From Octopus bimaculoides (lineage: Eukaryota), in the NCBI RefSeq assembly GCF_001194135.2, contig NC_068992.1, forward strand, positions 18,199,298 through 18,263,297: a stretch of DNA of 64,000 nt. The letters are read 5' to 3'. Positions within the stretch are counted from its first letter, which is position 1. Each line of letters starts with the position of its first letter. The position numbers and the translations under genes are program-made. Shown one piece after another: positions 13,401 to 27,626 of the stretch. The notes below the pieces were generated by a model. That model worked only from the letters and a program-made list of their open reading frames with translations, did no database searches and was not told where the DNA came from.

Positions 13401-16150
13401 AAGATGTCCTACTTTCTGATGAGTTTAGTTTGAATCTCTAGTGGTGAACACGTCCGGTATATTGGATCACTGGACCAAATCTGTACTGAATCTGATAAAG
13501 TGGAGAAGCATTTTATGTCGGTTTCTCTTTACTCTGCTGGGTACTATTTACTCTTCGCGATCAGATATTCCAAATTTTGTCTTCCGAAACCACGAAGCAT
13601 TTACATGACTCACTATAATATAATATCTCCATAAACAATTATACTGAACAAAATTTAAATGATTCAGGACTATGTATAAATATAGCATAGTTTGTGCATA
13701 AGAAACATATATGAAAGCTGCTCGGCTGTAGTGTTTTCTGCAAGTATTTTATCAAGTATTGATAAAAATACAAATGTTCCGTATATATTATGAATTAGGT
13801 CTTTCTGTATGAGTGCTTTTCAAGAATTGATATCGTTAACTATATGGATATTACAATTCAAATTTGGTGCATCATGCTCTAGTTTTATCTGAATTAAGGC
13901 TCTTCGAAGACGTTAGACGAAAGGTATTATTGGAAATTATTGTAGGGAATACTGAATTTATAGAAACTTTAGGTAAGAGAATAATGGACTTGATTAAACT
14001 ATGAAGTGGCAGCTTTATTTACAGGCTACACTAGAAATATTGAACTATGTTCTAATTTAAATTCTTCCTCCGTTTTGACATGTTTATATTAGCCAATATG
14101 AAAGTAAATATGGCCGCCATATTTACGACAGCTATAATCACATAAATGATTACCCTCATCGTGATCACTGTAACACTTGTTGTCCTGACAACTAATATCA
14201 TAGTCACTGTAAATTTGATTCTAATTATGATTGTAATGATGATAGTAACGTTCGTGTTGACCGTAAATCTAACAGCATTAACTATAATAGGTAAACTATT
14301 TAAGCGGCAACAGAAGGATTATAATAAAATGGAGATGCCAAGATGATTGCGTCTATAATAAATGGAACTTCCATTATACACAAATTGAAATATCTAAATA
14401 CTTTGCACCCATGTGACATGAAGCTGTTAGCCAAGCAGCGTTCAAACTGACAACAGAGAAATGCATTATCTCATCAGTTTTGGACGTAAAACAACCTGTG
14501 CAAAGGTAGAATGATAAATATCTTCTGAATCCACCCTTAATTCTGCGCTTCATAAAATGGGGTGGTGTGGTTCCACATGTTGTCCAAATTCTTTCCTAAT
14601 GTTGTGAAGTTCAGAATTTATGAAAATTGAATTTCATTTCAAACTTCTACAAATATGTTTTTAAGTAGTGCAATAACATTGTCTTTGTCTACATACTGAA
14701 TTCAAGATGAGTGAGCAATGATCAATCTTACAGGAGACATTCGGGGCAACAAGTGGCTTCAGTCCTCTTTAGCAGAAAACATATATCAATGATTGTAGCG
14801 TTAATCCATGATTCAATTGCAACAAATAGGTATCACTTGCTTTTAAATAAAAAAGCTTCAGTCGTATCTGAAAGTCGTTTATTTCCATAGGTTGGTGCGA
14901 TTTATGATAAAGCCATAAGGCCATTAAAATTTGAAATTCTGGTCATATTATTTACAGATAGTTAAAACGATTTTCGTAAACTTTGGTGAAAGTTACAAAA
15001 TGGTAAAGGTGCAAAAAGCAAAAAAAGAATCTATGCAGAATAAATGCTGACGATACTTTTTCTCCTTTTTCGAGAAAAGTGTGTGTGTGTGTGTGTGTGT
15101 AACCAAAGGTGCAGAAACAACGTAGTCTAAAGGTAGAGTAAGAAATGCAAGTATAGACTACGAATCCACGAACCAGGTACTCCAATACTGTCAGAAGGAC
15201 GAAGAAGGTCCGACCAAGCGTGCAATAAATAGTCGATTCAAATAAACAACAATTCAAATAAACGAATACAAAATGGAAAGAAAAAAATGCGAGGACGTGC
15301 ACAAAAAATATATTCGCTTGACGCTCGGTGAAAGGAAAGAGTTTGACGTTTGGAGCATCGCTCTTCGTCGGAAAGGAGAAAGGGAAAAGTTCAACGATGG
15401 AGAATAAATCGTAAATGGCACATGTGTAGTTACATGTATATATATGTGTATGTGTGTACGCGCGAACGCGCGCGCGCGTATGTATGTACACATGTGAGTG
15501 TTTATATATATATATGTGTGTGTGTGTCTATCTATGTAGCTAGCTATCTCTCAGTCTCTCTCTCACTCTCTATCTATCTATCTATTTATCTATCTATGAA
15601 TCTATCTATCTATGAATCTATCTATCTATATGTATGCCTGTATGTATGTATGTGTATGTATGTGTGTGTGTGTTTGTCTATCTGTGAGTTTGTGTGTTTG
15701 TGCATATAGATGTAAAAGTTATTTCGTGGCACTATTACTTTAGGCACTTTTACATATCTGAGAATATTAATTTCACTTTTTTTTATTATTTGTTAATTAA
15801 TCTCTTCTATAAGGCTTCAAACTGTTTCATCGAAATTCTACGACTTGGTTAAGGACACATGCATGCAAAGATATACAGAAGTAATTCACGAAAGTTATGT
15901 CTAGCAATGTCGCAGATGTGTGAATATATATTTAGACACATTTTGGCAGACAGTTCTAAAAAGAAAAAAAACAAAACAAAAAAAAAAACAAAGTGATTGA
16001 AATATCATTCGTCCGTTCTAGAATGACTAAAAAGACAATCTCATGACGTTATAGACTGAACTCCAATTCACGTTCTCTCCAAGTCACTCTTCAAGTACAA
16101 CTACAAACCTATTAAATATATCCATATACGCAAATGTACCTACATCCACA

Positions 16151-16224
<74 letters not shown>

Positions 16225-16415
16225 TTATTTATTTATATATCTATGCACACAAATATGCACACAAATAAGCTCACAAACACACGTCCATATATATTTATAA
16301 ATACATGTCTATCTGCATAGATATATTGAGTTATATAAACATGTATTTAAACATATGCATTGACATCTACAATACACCACATGTATATTCATGCGTTCAT
16401 ACGTATGTGCATATA

Positions 16416-17021
16416 TACGTGGTCTGACCTATAAGTATCCAGACTGTTGCCAAAGTAACAAAGCTGAAGCAGGCAGAGTAATGTCGATTGGCACACTGAT
16501 TAATCTTAAATTCTGCTGTGCATGCGCACTAAGTATTGCCGTTCTAGCTCACTTCCGCTGTATAAGCGTGTGATCATCGCATTTACAATGGCAGAGAAAG
16601 TTGAGCAGTGAATATGCATGAAATTTGGTCAAACGCTTGGCAATACTTGCTCAGAAGCCTACACAAAGTTTTCAAAAAAATTTCTTCGATCTCGACACAA
16701 TCAAGATCTTGTGCACCAGAAACCTGAGTGTCCTCTTGCACAGCTGAAAGCAGTGTTGGCACAAACTTTGCGTCTCATATTCAAGTCATTACTGAAAATT
16801 GACTGAGCTGAATGATAACTAATCTGTACGTCCTCTGATGACTCGGGGATGCTGACTCGACGATTTCCCATCACGGCTACAGGCATATCTGCGATGCTTT
16901 TCTCAGTTCTGCTGGTCGCGGTTCTCCCAGAACGTTCGCCAATATCGACATTTTTCGGCCATTTTGGAAACGTCCGAACCATTCCTACATATGTGCGGCT
17001 CATACACTCATCTCCATAGAC
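16416..17021. mobile_element. Mariner transposon remnant with internally inverted transposase segment
   Basis: TA+CGTGGTCTGACCTATAAGTATCCAGACT terminal repeat. Plus strand MAEKVEQ*ICMKFGQTLGNTCSEAYTKFSK from 16588. The continuation VYGDECMSRT...GERSGRTATSRTE...KFVPTLLS..QDLDCVEIEEIFLKTL lies on the minus strand (17021 to about 16664). Confidence 0.85.
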
Positions 17022-17033
17022 AGATGTGTGTAT

Positions 17034-17064
<31 letters not shown>

Positions 17065-18480
17065 TACATATATATATATATANNNNNNNNNNNNNNNNNN
17101 NNNNNNNNNNNNNNNNNNNNNNNNNNNNNNNNNNNNNNNNNNNNNNNNNNNNNNNNNNNNNNNNNNNNNNNNNNNNNNNNNNNNNNNNNNNNNNNNNNNN
17201 NNNNNNNNNNNNNNNNNNNNNNNNNNNNNNNNNNNNNNNNNNNNNNNNNNNNNNNNNNNNNNNNNNNNNNNNNNNNNNNNNNNNNNNNNNNNNNNNNNNN
17301 NNNNNNNNNNNNNNNNNNNNNNNNNNNNNNNNNNNNNNNNNNNNNNNNNNNNNNNNNNNNNNNNNNNNNNNNNNNNNNNNNNNNNNNNNNNNNNNNNNNN
17401 NNNNNNNNNNNNNNNNNNNNNNNNNNNNNNNNNNNNNNNNNNNNNNNNNNNNNNNNNNNNNNNNNNNNNNNNNNNNNNNNNNNNNNNNNNNNNNNNNNNN
17501 NNNNNNNNNNNNNNNNNNNNNNNNNNNNNNNNNNNNNNNNNNNNNNNNNNNNNNNNNNNNNNNNNNNNNNNNNNNNNNNNNNNNNNNNNNNNNNNNNNNN
17601 NNNNNNNNNNNNNNNNNNNNNNNNNNNNNNNNNNNNNNNNNNNNNNNNNNNNNNNNNNNNNNNNNNNNNNNNNNNNNNNNNNNNNNNNNNNNNNNNNNNN
17701 NNNNNNNNNNNNNNNNNNNNNNNNNNNNNNNNNNNNNNNNNNNNNNNNNNNNNNNNNNNNNNNNNTATATATATATATATGTATCTTTATTATGTATGTA
17801 TCTAAGTCTTCGCATCTGTCATCAATCTCAAAGCATCCTACTAAGAACAGTCGGTGGAAGTGGTTTTTTATATGTTATTATATTGGAAAAGAAATCAAGA
17901 CTAACAGCGTATTAGTATCAATGTGAAAGTTGCTTCCATAATAAAAACAACATATGTTTAGAAACTGTCAATTGATTTACCGTGGAATTAGATTGGTATA
18001 GTTACTGCGCTTCAGATGCCTTGCATCGCTGTCACATGAAATCACGTTTGATTGACAACTCAAATGGAAGCTATCACTTAAAATAGTGTAACCAAGTGTT
18101 TGTCCATCAGAGAGATGCATCTGCTTGATATTATTTGAAACACGATGCACCGGAGCAAACACCGATGTACGTAGAGACAAGTATATGTATGCATATATGC
18201 ACGTATGTTTTTATGTATGTATTTATATATATATGTATATGTATGTTTGCGAGCGTGCGTGTATATATATATATATATTTGAATCCAATGTATAAAATAA
18301 TTATTTATAACATATATATAGAACATAAATACATAGTTAATGTGTAAAATACCATTGATATATATTTTACGCGAGAGGCGTGAATGCGTATACTCACGTT
18401 TTATGTACATACGTACATACATACACACAGACACTGAAGCATATCTCTCTGTCTGTCTGTAAGTATGTCTGTCTGTCTAA

Positions 18481-18514
<34 letters not shown>

Positions 18515-20959
18515 ATTCACACAACGTATATATATATATATANNNNNNNNNNNNNNNNNNNNNNNNNNNNNNNNNNNNNNNNNNNNNNNNNNNNNNNNNN
18601 NNNNNNNNNNNNNNNNNNNNNNNNNNNNNNNNNNNNNNNNNNNNNNNNNNNNNNNNNNNNNNNNNNNNNNNNNNNNNNNNNNNNNNNNNNNNNNNNNNNN
18701 NNNNNNNNNNNNNNNNNNNNNNNNNNNNNNNNNNNNNNNNNNNNNNNNNNNNNNNNNNNNNNNNNNNNNNNNNNNNNNNNNNNNNNNNNNNNNNNNNNNN
18801 NNNNTATATATGTCTATCTATTTATCTACCTATCTATCTATCTATCTATATTCACACAACGTATATATATATATATTTACGTGGGTGCGTGTGTATGTGT
18901 GTGTTTGTGTGTGATAATTCACTTTTCTCGTTCCCACATTACCCAGATGACAGCGATTTGCAGGCTGGGCTGAAACCTTTCATTACACGAGAGCTAGAAA
19001 CAATACTATTCTTATTGAGAACATTTATCCTTAGTCCTCCTCAGGGCTAGAGGTTAGAACTATCTTCGGAAAATATTACCTAGCTAAATCTGGACCTTGT
19101 AACAATCCATTAATGTGACAGGAAGAATGTAGCTCTATTGGAATGACCGATCTATTGGAAGAAATTGAAAACATTGTAACTCCTCTCTCCACAAGTCAGT
19201 AGCTACCTTCAAAATTAAGATCTATACCGATCCCCGAAGTAGTCACTATTGCATAGCAAGGAAGATGTGACCCTCCCCAAGAATATGGTATAACGCCCAG
19301 TGCAACAATTTGCGTTTCCAAGACCGGTAGCTTTCCAGTGTCTTTGCAATAAAGAGAGAAAAAAAAAACAATATTTCATGAGGAGTGTACGGATGTGCTA
19401 CTCCCTGCAATACAGGAAAAAAAAGAAACGGACGTTACGGCATCAAATAAAAGTAGTCTCAACTGTTTGAATTCCTGAAAAGCTAAGTAAAATATGCGTG
19501 CTGCAAAGACAGTATGAAGTACATAGGTGGTGATTTATCATGACCTTGAGTCTCGCGGCTTCACTAAGAATAACTAAAAAAAACAAAGAATAACAAGGAG
19601 TAAACATATTCATATGTCTACCAATCTACAATCACATAGACAGAAACAAACACAGATATGAATATATTAATTTAACGGAAATATTTAATCCCATTTTCTT
19701 TTTAGCATCTGCAATCATACAAAATATCATTTCAAGGCATTCTAACCGAATGACTTATCTACAAGTAGTACTACTGAATTATTAAATAAAAAAGACAAAT
19801 CATGGTATATTTACATACTATAAAAGACAAATTCTCAGGTTTATTGAAGTTATCTCACTATGCAGAAAATATAAAACAAATGCTTTGGACTAACACCAAG
19901 GGACAAGGGGAGATAATCGCAAGAATTAAATATTCTCTAATACTCCTTTTCTTTTTCGTACTCTATTCGACTTAAATAGTAATAGTTTCTTAGTCATTCT
20001 CTGCCTTTTGACTCGTCTGCTGCATTTCAGAAATCAGAAGGATCCTATATTCTTTATGCTAACGGTACTTACAAATAGAATTATCAAAACGTATTAAGTT
20101 TTCACAATTGTTACTTCTTCAAATGTTAAATTAACAGGTGTTTTACAATTACGAAACGAATTAAGTTTCAACATTTTTAGGTCGTTTGTTAACATCACAG
20201 AATAAACTATATGGTATAGATTTCTTCATGAAATTCCTATATTTTGAAATACCGAGGGCATTTGCTCAACAAAAGCTACTTGTGGAAATCATTTATACTA
20301 TTTAACTTCGCATCTCAGCTCTGCAGATTCAAATATTAGGTTTGGATCATTTAAGCGTAGTTTATATGTTTATATTTTAAGTAGTCACGTAATGTAGAAA
20401 TCAATATAAGTCTACCAAACTCAACAATCGCACGCTGGTGGTCCATCTTTATCTTTCATAAAGGTAATCACGTGGTATCATGCATCTGCTGTATACTGAC
20501 AGTCGCTTATTTTGTGTATAAGATGCTTTGACTATTATAATCCGTCTGGTCCCATACTGGATAACATAAATAAAACCTTGGATACAAGAATACTTGTGAA
20601 GATTAGTGGTAAGAGTGATTATAGAATTTTATGCTCATGTCTATGAATTTAATTGTGGAGAGTAGTAGACGAAGTGATTTTGGAAATACATAACTCATTT
20701 GTCCAAATGTTCATTTATGGATTCTTCTCAGCTGCTACTAAACGTATTGGAACCCACAATAGTCTGTACTTCAATATTACATTGACGAAGAGTTGCGCAT
20801 CAAGAATTTGTTAATATCATTAAGGAGCAGATGGTGGGTTAGTATGTCATTCATATATAACTCTTCCAAGACTTCCTTAGTATTATGCTACAGTATAAAT
20901 GTAACAATCAAGCACTGAATACAATTTCTATTTTGTTTTTTGCAGTATAGTGTCAATGT

Positions 20960-21339
20960 GGGGGCGTTTTAGCCCTGTGGTTAGGGCAGCGGACTCGCAG
21001 TCATAGAATCGCAGTTTCGATTCCCAGACCAGTCGTTGTGAGTGTTTATTGAGCGAAAACACATAAAGCTCCACGAGGCCCCAGTAGTGGGTGGTGGTGA
21101 ACCCTGATGTATTCTTTCACCACAACTTTCTCTCACTCTTTCTTCCTGTTTCTATTGTACTTGTATTTCAAAGGGCCAACCTTGTCACACTCTGTGTCAC
21201 ACTGAATCTCCCTGAGAACTACGGTAAGAGTACAAGAGTCTGTAGAGTGCTCAGCCACTTGCACATTAATTTCACGAGCAGGTTGTTCCGTTGATCGGAT
21301 CAACTGGAACCCTCGTCTTCGTAACCGACCGAGTGCCAC
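20960..21339 (+). mobile_element. SINE family C, near full length, tRNA-like head
   Basis: Box A TAGCCCTGTGG and box B GTTTCGATTCC, followed by about 300 bp shared with the copy at 48030-48395. Confidence 0.85.
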
Positions 21340-23354
21340 GATATTGTCAATACAGTAACACCATATTCGGAATTAGTCTATATATTTACATATATTTATA
21401 TAATTATTTATTTAAGTATTTATTTTCAGTAATTAGCTCAATATTTGTACCGAGGTCGGTGAAGTTGGAATACAAGTCAAAAGGATTAGACGTAATGGCC
21501 GATGCACATATTACGAGATCCGAAATTAAGTAAGAGATATCTGAGTCAAGTGTGATAGTTATCAATTTGATGTCCACTTGGTCTCTACACAAACGAAAAC
21601 ATTAATGTACTTCTGTTTTAATTAGACTTGATAATCGTTTGTTGATGGGAGTATTCTACATAAAACGCACAACACTATCATAAATTTAATCATATACACA
21701 AACACAGACAGGTACGCAGCGAGAGAAAAAAAATTAAAAACAAAAAAAAAGTAACAACAATATTGCCCACACATTTTTTTGCACTAACACGTATATGATT
21801 ACACATATATTAACGATGACGCTAATGACAACAACATAATCAACAACACCAATCTACTAATACTAACGCATATATAATTATACACATACAAACATTGAAG
21901 CAAACATAGGATAGGAAATACACATAACTTCATTGATTTTATTGGCTTGAGACCTTTCTGATCAACACAGGGAATATTCAATTGATTTTTCAGACTGCTT
22001 TAAATTAGTTGTAGAATGTTTTTTTCCAGTGATTTGTCGATAGCACAACAACCTATAACTCATAACTTCCCATAGATACTTCTCTCTATTCTTCCTTAAT
22101 GGCTATTTTATCATCTACTTAATAAAAACAAAATTGTGATAATAACGGACCAAGTTTTGTTTCGGTCTGTGATGATTTGTTGATGAGGAAATTAAGTGAG
22201 TTTATTTGCTTCTTGTTTCTTAATACGTTTGTTTACATTAATTTTATTAATATTATTTGTATTACAATTATTTTTGTTTTTTCTTTATATTATATGTGTT
22301 GTTGATGTTGTTATTGTAGTTGTTATTCACTTCCGCTAAAGGATGACGTGTATGTTTTCAAACTCACGGTAATTTGGTGTACAATAAGACTGCAGCAGAG
22401 AAAACAGGTTGTATTTTGAAGATAAATTTTAAAGGATGGTAGACACAAAAGGTAAATAGACTTTTTGATGAAAGGAATCCACTAACAAATAGTAATTAGT
22501 GTGAAATCAAAGACACAGACCCCTATGATATAAAATCTTTAAGGACAGGAGATGATAGAATTCAAGGTAAAACAAAAATTGAATTCAATGTTGTTTAGAG
22601 TGTGACGAAGGGCATTATACAGAAAATCAGAGAGCTAATTGTTGATGTATGTGAGTGCTACAGATACTACAGTAACAAAAGCAGATAATTCAGCAGCAGC
22701 AATTAGATTATAATAAAGGTGGCGATAATTACCAGGGAATGGTGCCAATAAGTGTCTAATAAATAACAGAACACACAGTATGAAATTCATCAAAAATATC
22801 ACCCTTATACTTAGATTATGGTAAACGAGAAGTAATATAGCATTATGATTGGAGATTCTTGGGATAAGCATTATAAACATTATGAAGGATTTCATAGCTT
22901 CATTAACGTATACTTCAATGTTTAATTGTACAATATGGGGAGGAATTTGTCTAAATTCTCATACTCCTTCTCTTTTAACAATTTTGGGAATAATGTTATT
23001 TAATGAAATGCTGTGTTTACTAGATCCTACATTTGTAAATTCTCCGTCTGAAGATATCTTAGGAAATTGAAATAACAGCTATAGGGGAAAGCTAAGGACT
23101 ATGATTAAACGCCAACTAAAAGAAAGAAAATTTAATCAAAGAAATGCGTAAATACATATTACAAACATTATCTTCGTAATAATAAAATTATTAGTAATAA
23201 ATGTGTTTGCAATAAGATTCTCCCCTTGTCACAGAGGCGAACAACTAACCAAATGAGAGAACATATTGGTCCCAAATAAATGAAAGGCTGGCTGAGACCT
23301 AAAACGTGAATACACTGAACCTTCAATTTGGCCTGTAAGTATAAAAACAAAGAA

Positions 23355-23366
23355 GGAGAGAGAGCG

Positions 23367-23422
<56 letters not shown>
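23355..23422. repeat. (AG)n microsatellite
   Basis: Direct observation; runs into a gap. Confidence 0.95.
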
Positions 23423-24369
23423 NNNNNNNNNNNNNNNNNNNNNNNNNNNNNNNNNNNNNNNNNNNNNNNNNNNNNNNNNNNNNNNNNNNNNNNNNNNNNN
23501 NNNNNNNNNNNNNNNNNNNNNNNNNNNNNNNNNNNNNNNNNNNNNNNNNNNNNNNNNNNNNNNNNNNNNNNNNNNNNNNNNNNNNNNNNNNNNNNNNNNN
23601 NNNNNNNNNNNNNNNNNNNNNNNNNNNNNNNNNNNNNNNNNNNNNNNNNNNNNNNNNNNNNNNNNNNNNNNNNNNNNNNNNNNNNNNNNNNNNNNNNNNN
23701 NNNNNNNNNNNNNNNNNNNNNNNNNNNNNNNNNNNNNNNNNNNNNNNNNNNNNNNNNNNNNNNNNNNNNNNNNNNNNNNNNNNNNNNNNNNNNNNNNNNN
23801 NNNNNNNNNNNNNNNNNNNNNNNNNNNNNNNNNNNNNNNNNNNNNNNNNNNNNNNNNNNNNNNNNNNNNNNNNNNNNNNNNNNNNNNNNNNNTATATATA
23901 TATATATATATGAATATGGAGACACACGTAATCATAAAAGAAAATATAAATGTTGAAAATAATTATAAAAATCTATAGAAAGTTGAGCCATTTGAAGTTT
24001 TTCAAACACAATGTTTCGAAATCAATGAAAATTAAGGGAGGAAAAACTTTTGGAGAGCAGTACAAATCTGTCCAGATCAAAGGCATAAGCCAAATCAATT
24101 TTGCCATATTTTTCTGATGTTGCTAGGCAACAAAGAAATAGAATTGGTTGCAGAATATTTGCAATACAGCAGACACAATAACATTTGTATAGATGAGAAT
24201 TAACGACAAGTGATGCAGGCATTCACAACAGCATGGAAACACAGGGAAGAAAGAAGCGTATAAGAAAAGTGAAATAGCATGAAAACAAACATTGTAGCAA
24301 GCAGAGCTGCGCGACAAGAAAGAGACAATATGCAAGCGAAGATAGACCGCTGCGAAATGATATCTTAAT

Positions 24370-24370
24370 G

Positions 24371-24402
<32 letters not shown>

Positions 24403-24403
24403 C

Positions 24404-24467
<64 letters not shown>

Positions 24468-24470
24468 CTG
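24370..24470. repeat. (ATCT)n microsatellite
   Basis: Direct observation. Confidence 0.95.
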
Positions 24471-24522
24471 TATATCTCTATCACTACATATATACACACA
24501 CACACTCACACACATGTATATA

Positions 24523-24750
24523 TACTTAGATAAACTTAGATGTGTTCTGACCAAAGAGTGGCCCAGGCCATGTCTAATTTAATAGCACCACGTGACAAGA
24601 TTATCTAAATCCTTTTATAGTCAAGTTTTGTAATATCATGGTCCATTCGAGTAGGGAGTTCTTGTCCAGTGAGTTGCATTCAGGTAAAGGTGGCTTATCT
24701 GGTATTCCTTGAAGAAATTGTCCAGATTCCGTTTAAAGGTAATGGGATCC
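24523..24750 (-). mobile_element. CR1/L2-group LINE 3' end
   Basis: Minus strand DPITFKRNLDNF(fs)QGIPDKPPLPECNSLDKNSLLEW fits the FK..LD.FL..IPD.P C-terminus of CR1-group ORF2. It is followed by a short UTR and a tandem ATCTAAGT tail. Confidence 0.6.
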
Positions 24751-24962
24751 TTTTTCTTTTTGATCTGTTTCGGGACAATGTATAAATATATATGTATGTA
24801 TGTAGGGTCCCAAGTGATGACTTATCACAATTCTATATCGTAAATCCGTTGACTAGCTTCAGATAATCTGGTTTTTAAAGAAAGAGGTTTAAAATGATGG
24901 TTATTACATATAATTCCTTTATTCCTTGTGTGTAATGACCATTATTTTTAACTTGGTTCTCC

Positions 24963-25055
<93 letters not shown>

Positions 25056-25408
25056 NNNNNNNNNNNNNNNNNNNNNNNNNNNNNNNNNNNNNNNNNNNNN
25101 NNNNNNNNNNNNNNNNNNNNNNNNNNNNNNNNNNNNNNNNNNNNNNNNNNNNNNNNNNNNNNNNNNNNNNNNNNNNNNNNNNNNNNNNNNNNNNNNNNNN
25201 NNNNNNNNNNNNNNNNNTAAAGTTTTTCGTAATACGAAAACATCTAAGAGTTTTCGTATTAGAAATTCTTCAGAAAGATAATCGAACAGCATGTATTATA
25301 ATAGCATTCGATTTTTCGTCTGAAGAATTTCTAACAGGAAATCTCTCAGACATTTATCTAACATGAAAATGTCTGCAATTCCTATTAGCAAATTAAAGAA
25401 ACATTTAA

Positions 25409-25563
25409 GAGTGGCTGTGTGGTAAGTAGCTTGCTTACCAACCATATGGTTCCAGGTTCAGTCCCACTGTGTGTCAGCTTGGGCAGTGTCTTCTATTATA
25501 GCCTCGGGCCGGCCAAAGCCTTGTGAGTGGATTTGGTAGACGGAAACTGAAAGAAGCCCGTCG

Positions 25564-25642
<79 letters not shown>

Positions 25643-25862
25643 ATGTATATGTTTATGTAGCTGTGTACGTCTCCCCAACATCGCTTGACAAACGATGGTG
25701 GTGTGTTTACGTCCCCGTAACGTAGCGGTTCGGCAAGAGAGACAGATAGAATAAGTACTAGGCTTACAAAGAATAAGTCCTATGGTCGATTTGCTCGACT
25801 AAAGGCGGTGCTCCAGCATGGCCGCAGTCAAATGACTGAAACAAGTAAAAAAGTAAAAAGTA
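25409..25862 (+). mobile_element. SINE family A, full length, with internal (TA)n(TG)n tract
   Basis: Head GGCTGTGTGGTAAG...GGTTCAGTCCC (box A/B-like), internal microsatellite at 25565-25645, 3' part ending GACTGAAACAAGTAAAAAAGTAAAAAG. Confidence 0.9.
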
Positions 25863-26528
25863 ACAGAGATATGTAATGCTGAATAAATAATACCAAAAAT
25901 GTTCTCCAAGTTCCTGTTTTGTTACACACACACACACATACACACACACAAATATATGTTTTAGACGTCTATTTGTTTTGAAATTAGCATTTTTAATTTA
26001 TTTTTTTAATTTGTACTTCAGCTACATATACTCCTTTTTGGTATTTGTAACTTATGTCACCTTGAATTTATGAACTACGCGGTAAAGAAAGAATGTTAAT
26101 TATGCAAAGCATATAAAAACGAGGAGACCAAATCGTGATCCAACAGTGCTTTTAAAGTAATCTACCTGATGAAGTGCCAGCACACAACTGTTGCTGGATG
26201 ATATTTATTTATGTAATTATTCATAAAATTGTTTAATTTCATGGAATAGGAATGAAAACTCAGCAAGAATAAAAGCTCAACAAATAAATATTTTAATTGT
26301 TGATTAAAGCCTGTTGAATCCCTCTTCTTGATATATGAATTTATATATATAGATTCTATACACTAACGGAGTTGCACATGTTTACCCAGCTTAAGGAATA
26401 ACCATGCTGCATGATAGCATATGGTAGCCGATAACAGTATAGGAGCTTTGAATGCACGTTATAAGGTTATTACCCAGATAATCCAAATAATATTACACAC
26501 AAATACAGACACACTAACATACACACAT

Positions 26529-26576
<48 letters not shown>

Positions 26577-27593
26577 ACAGATATGTACTTATATGCCTAT
26601 CAGTACATATGTCTATGTATACGTACACTTATACCAGCACACTCATACACATACGTCTATATGTGTCTGCTCATGTTATCATATACATGCAGGTGTATAA
26701 GTGTTTCGGAGTCTGTGCGTCTGCATGTGTGCTTATGATGTTTTATAATATCTTTCTCAGCGGAAGCATTGAATTGCTTTGCAATTATACATGTATTGTT
26801 ATTTTATCATTATTTCTATATTACTAGTGATATCAATATTATGACGTCTTCGTCGTCATCATTATTCATTTCCTCCTTCTCCTCCTCCTCGTCGTTTTTA
26901 TCATCTATGCTTGCTTTATCCTCTATGTCATATTTTGTTTCATTCGTTTTACATTAACCCTTCAATATAAACGCTCTGCAGAATTTTGAATAGCGATATG
27001 ATAATAATTAGTGAGAGCATAAGAGTATAATGCCCCAAATTTTTATGTAGACCGACGAACGAGATTATTCTTTTGATATTACTTCTATGCTATATTTGTA
27101 AATTGTAATTTTCGTTAATTGTAGGTAATTTTCGATAATTTTACGTCTAGTTTCTCTTTTTAGTCTGTACAAATAGATCATAGTAGGAATAGACAAATAG
27201 ACGTAGATATAGACAATATTAGTTATGCAACAATAATATTTAGAAAAAAGATATATATTCTATTTTCTCTGGTACATATTTAATGGCCGGTTATATCAAT
27301 ATTTATATAATATTGAGTAAATACGAAAGAATAAAATGAAACTTCAACTTTCATATTGATGTCTAAAAATATTTCTTAATGTTTTCATGCGTAGAGGGGT
27401 CATACATAAATTTTAATTTCTTCGATTATCGATTATTTAAGCTGCTGTGTAAATAGGTCGAGCTATTCACTGTAATGGAACCGGTAAAATAAGCGAATAA
27501 CGAAATTTTATAGAATTTAAATTCTCAATATGTATGTGGGATGGGGTTTACATTAATTCGATGTTTCGTAATTATTAGAAAGTGCATGACATA

Positions 27594-27626
<33 letters not shown>

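Noticed and set aside
14146-14346. Hydrophobic 66-aa ORF resembling a membrane micropeptide
   Set aside because: It is explained by decayed AT(N) trinucleotide low-complexity sequence.
20960-21035. tRNA-like sequence with box A and box B
   Set aside because: It is the head of SINE family C and continues into a body shared with 48030. It has no proper acceptor stem or poly-T terminator.
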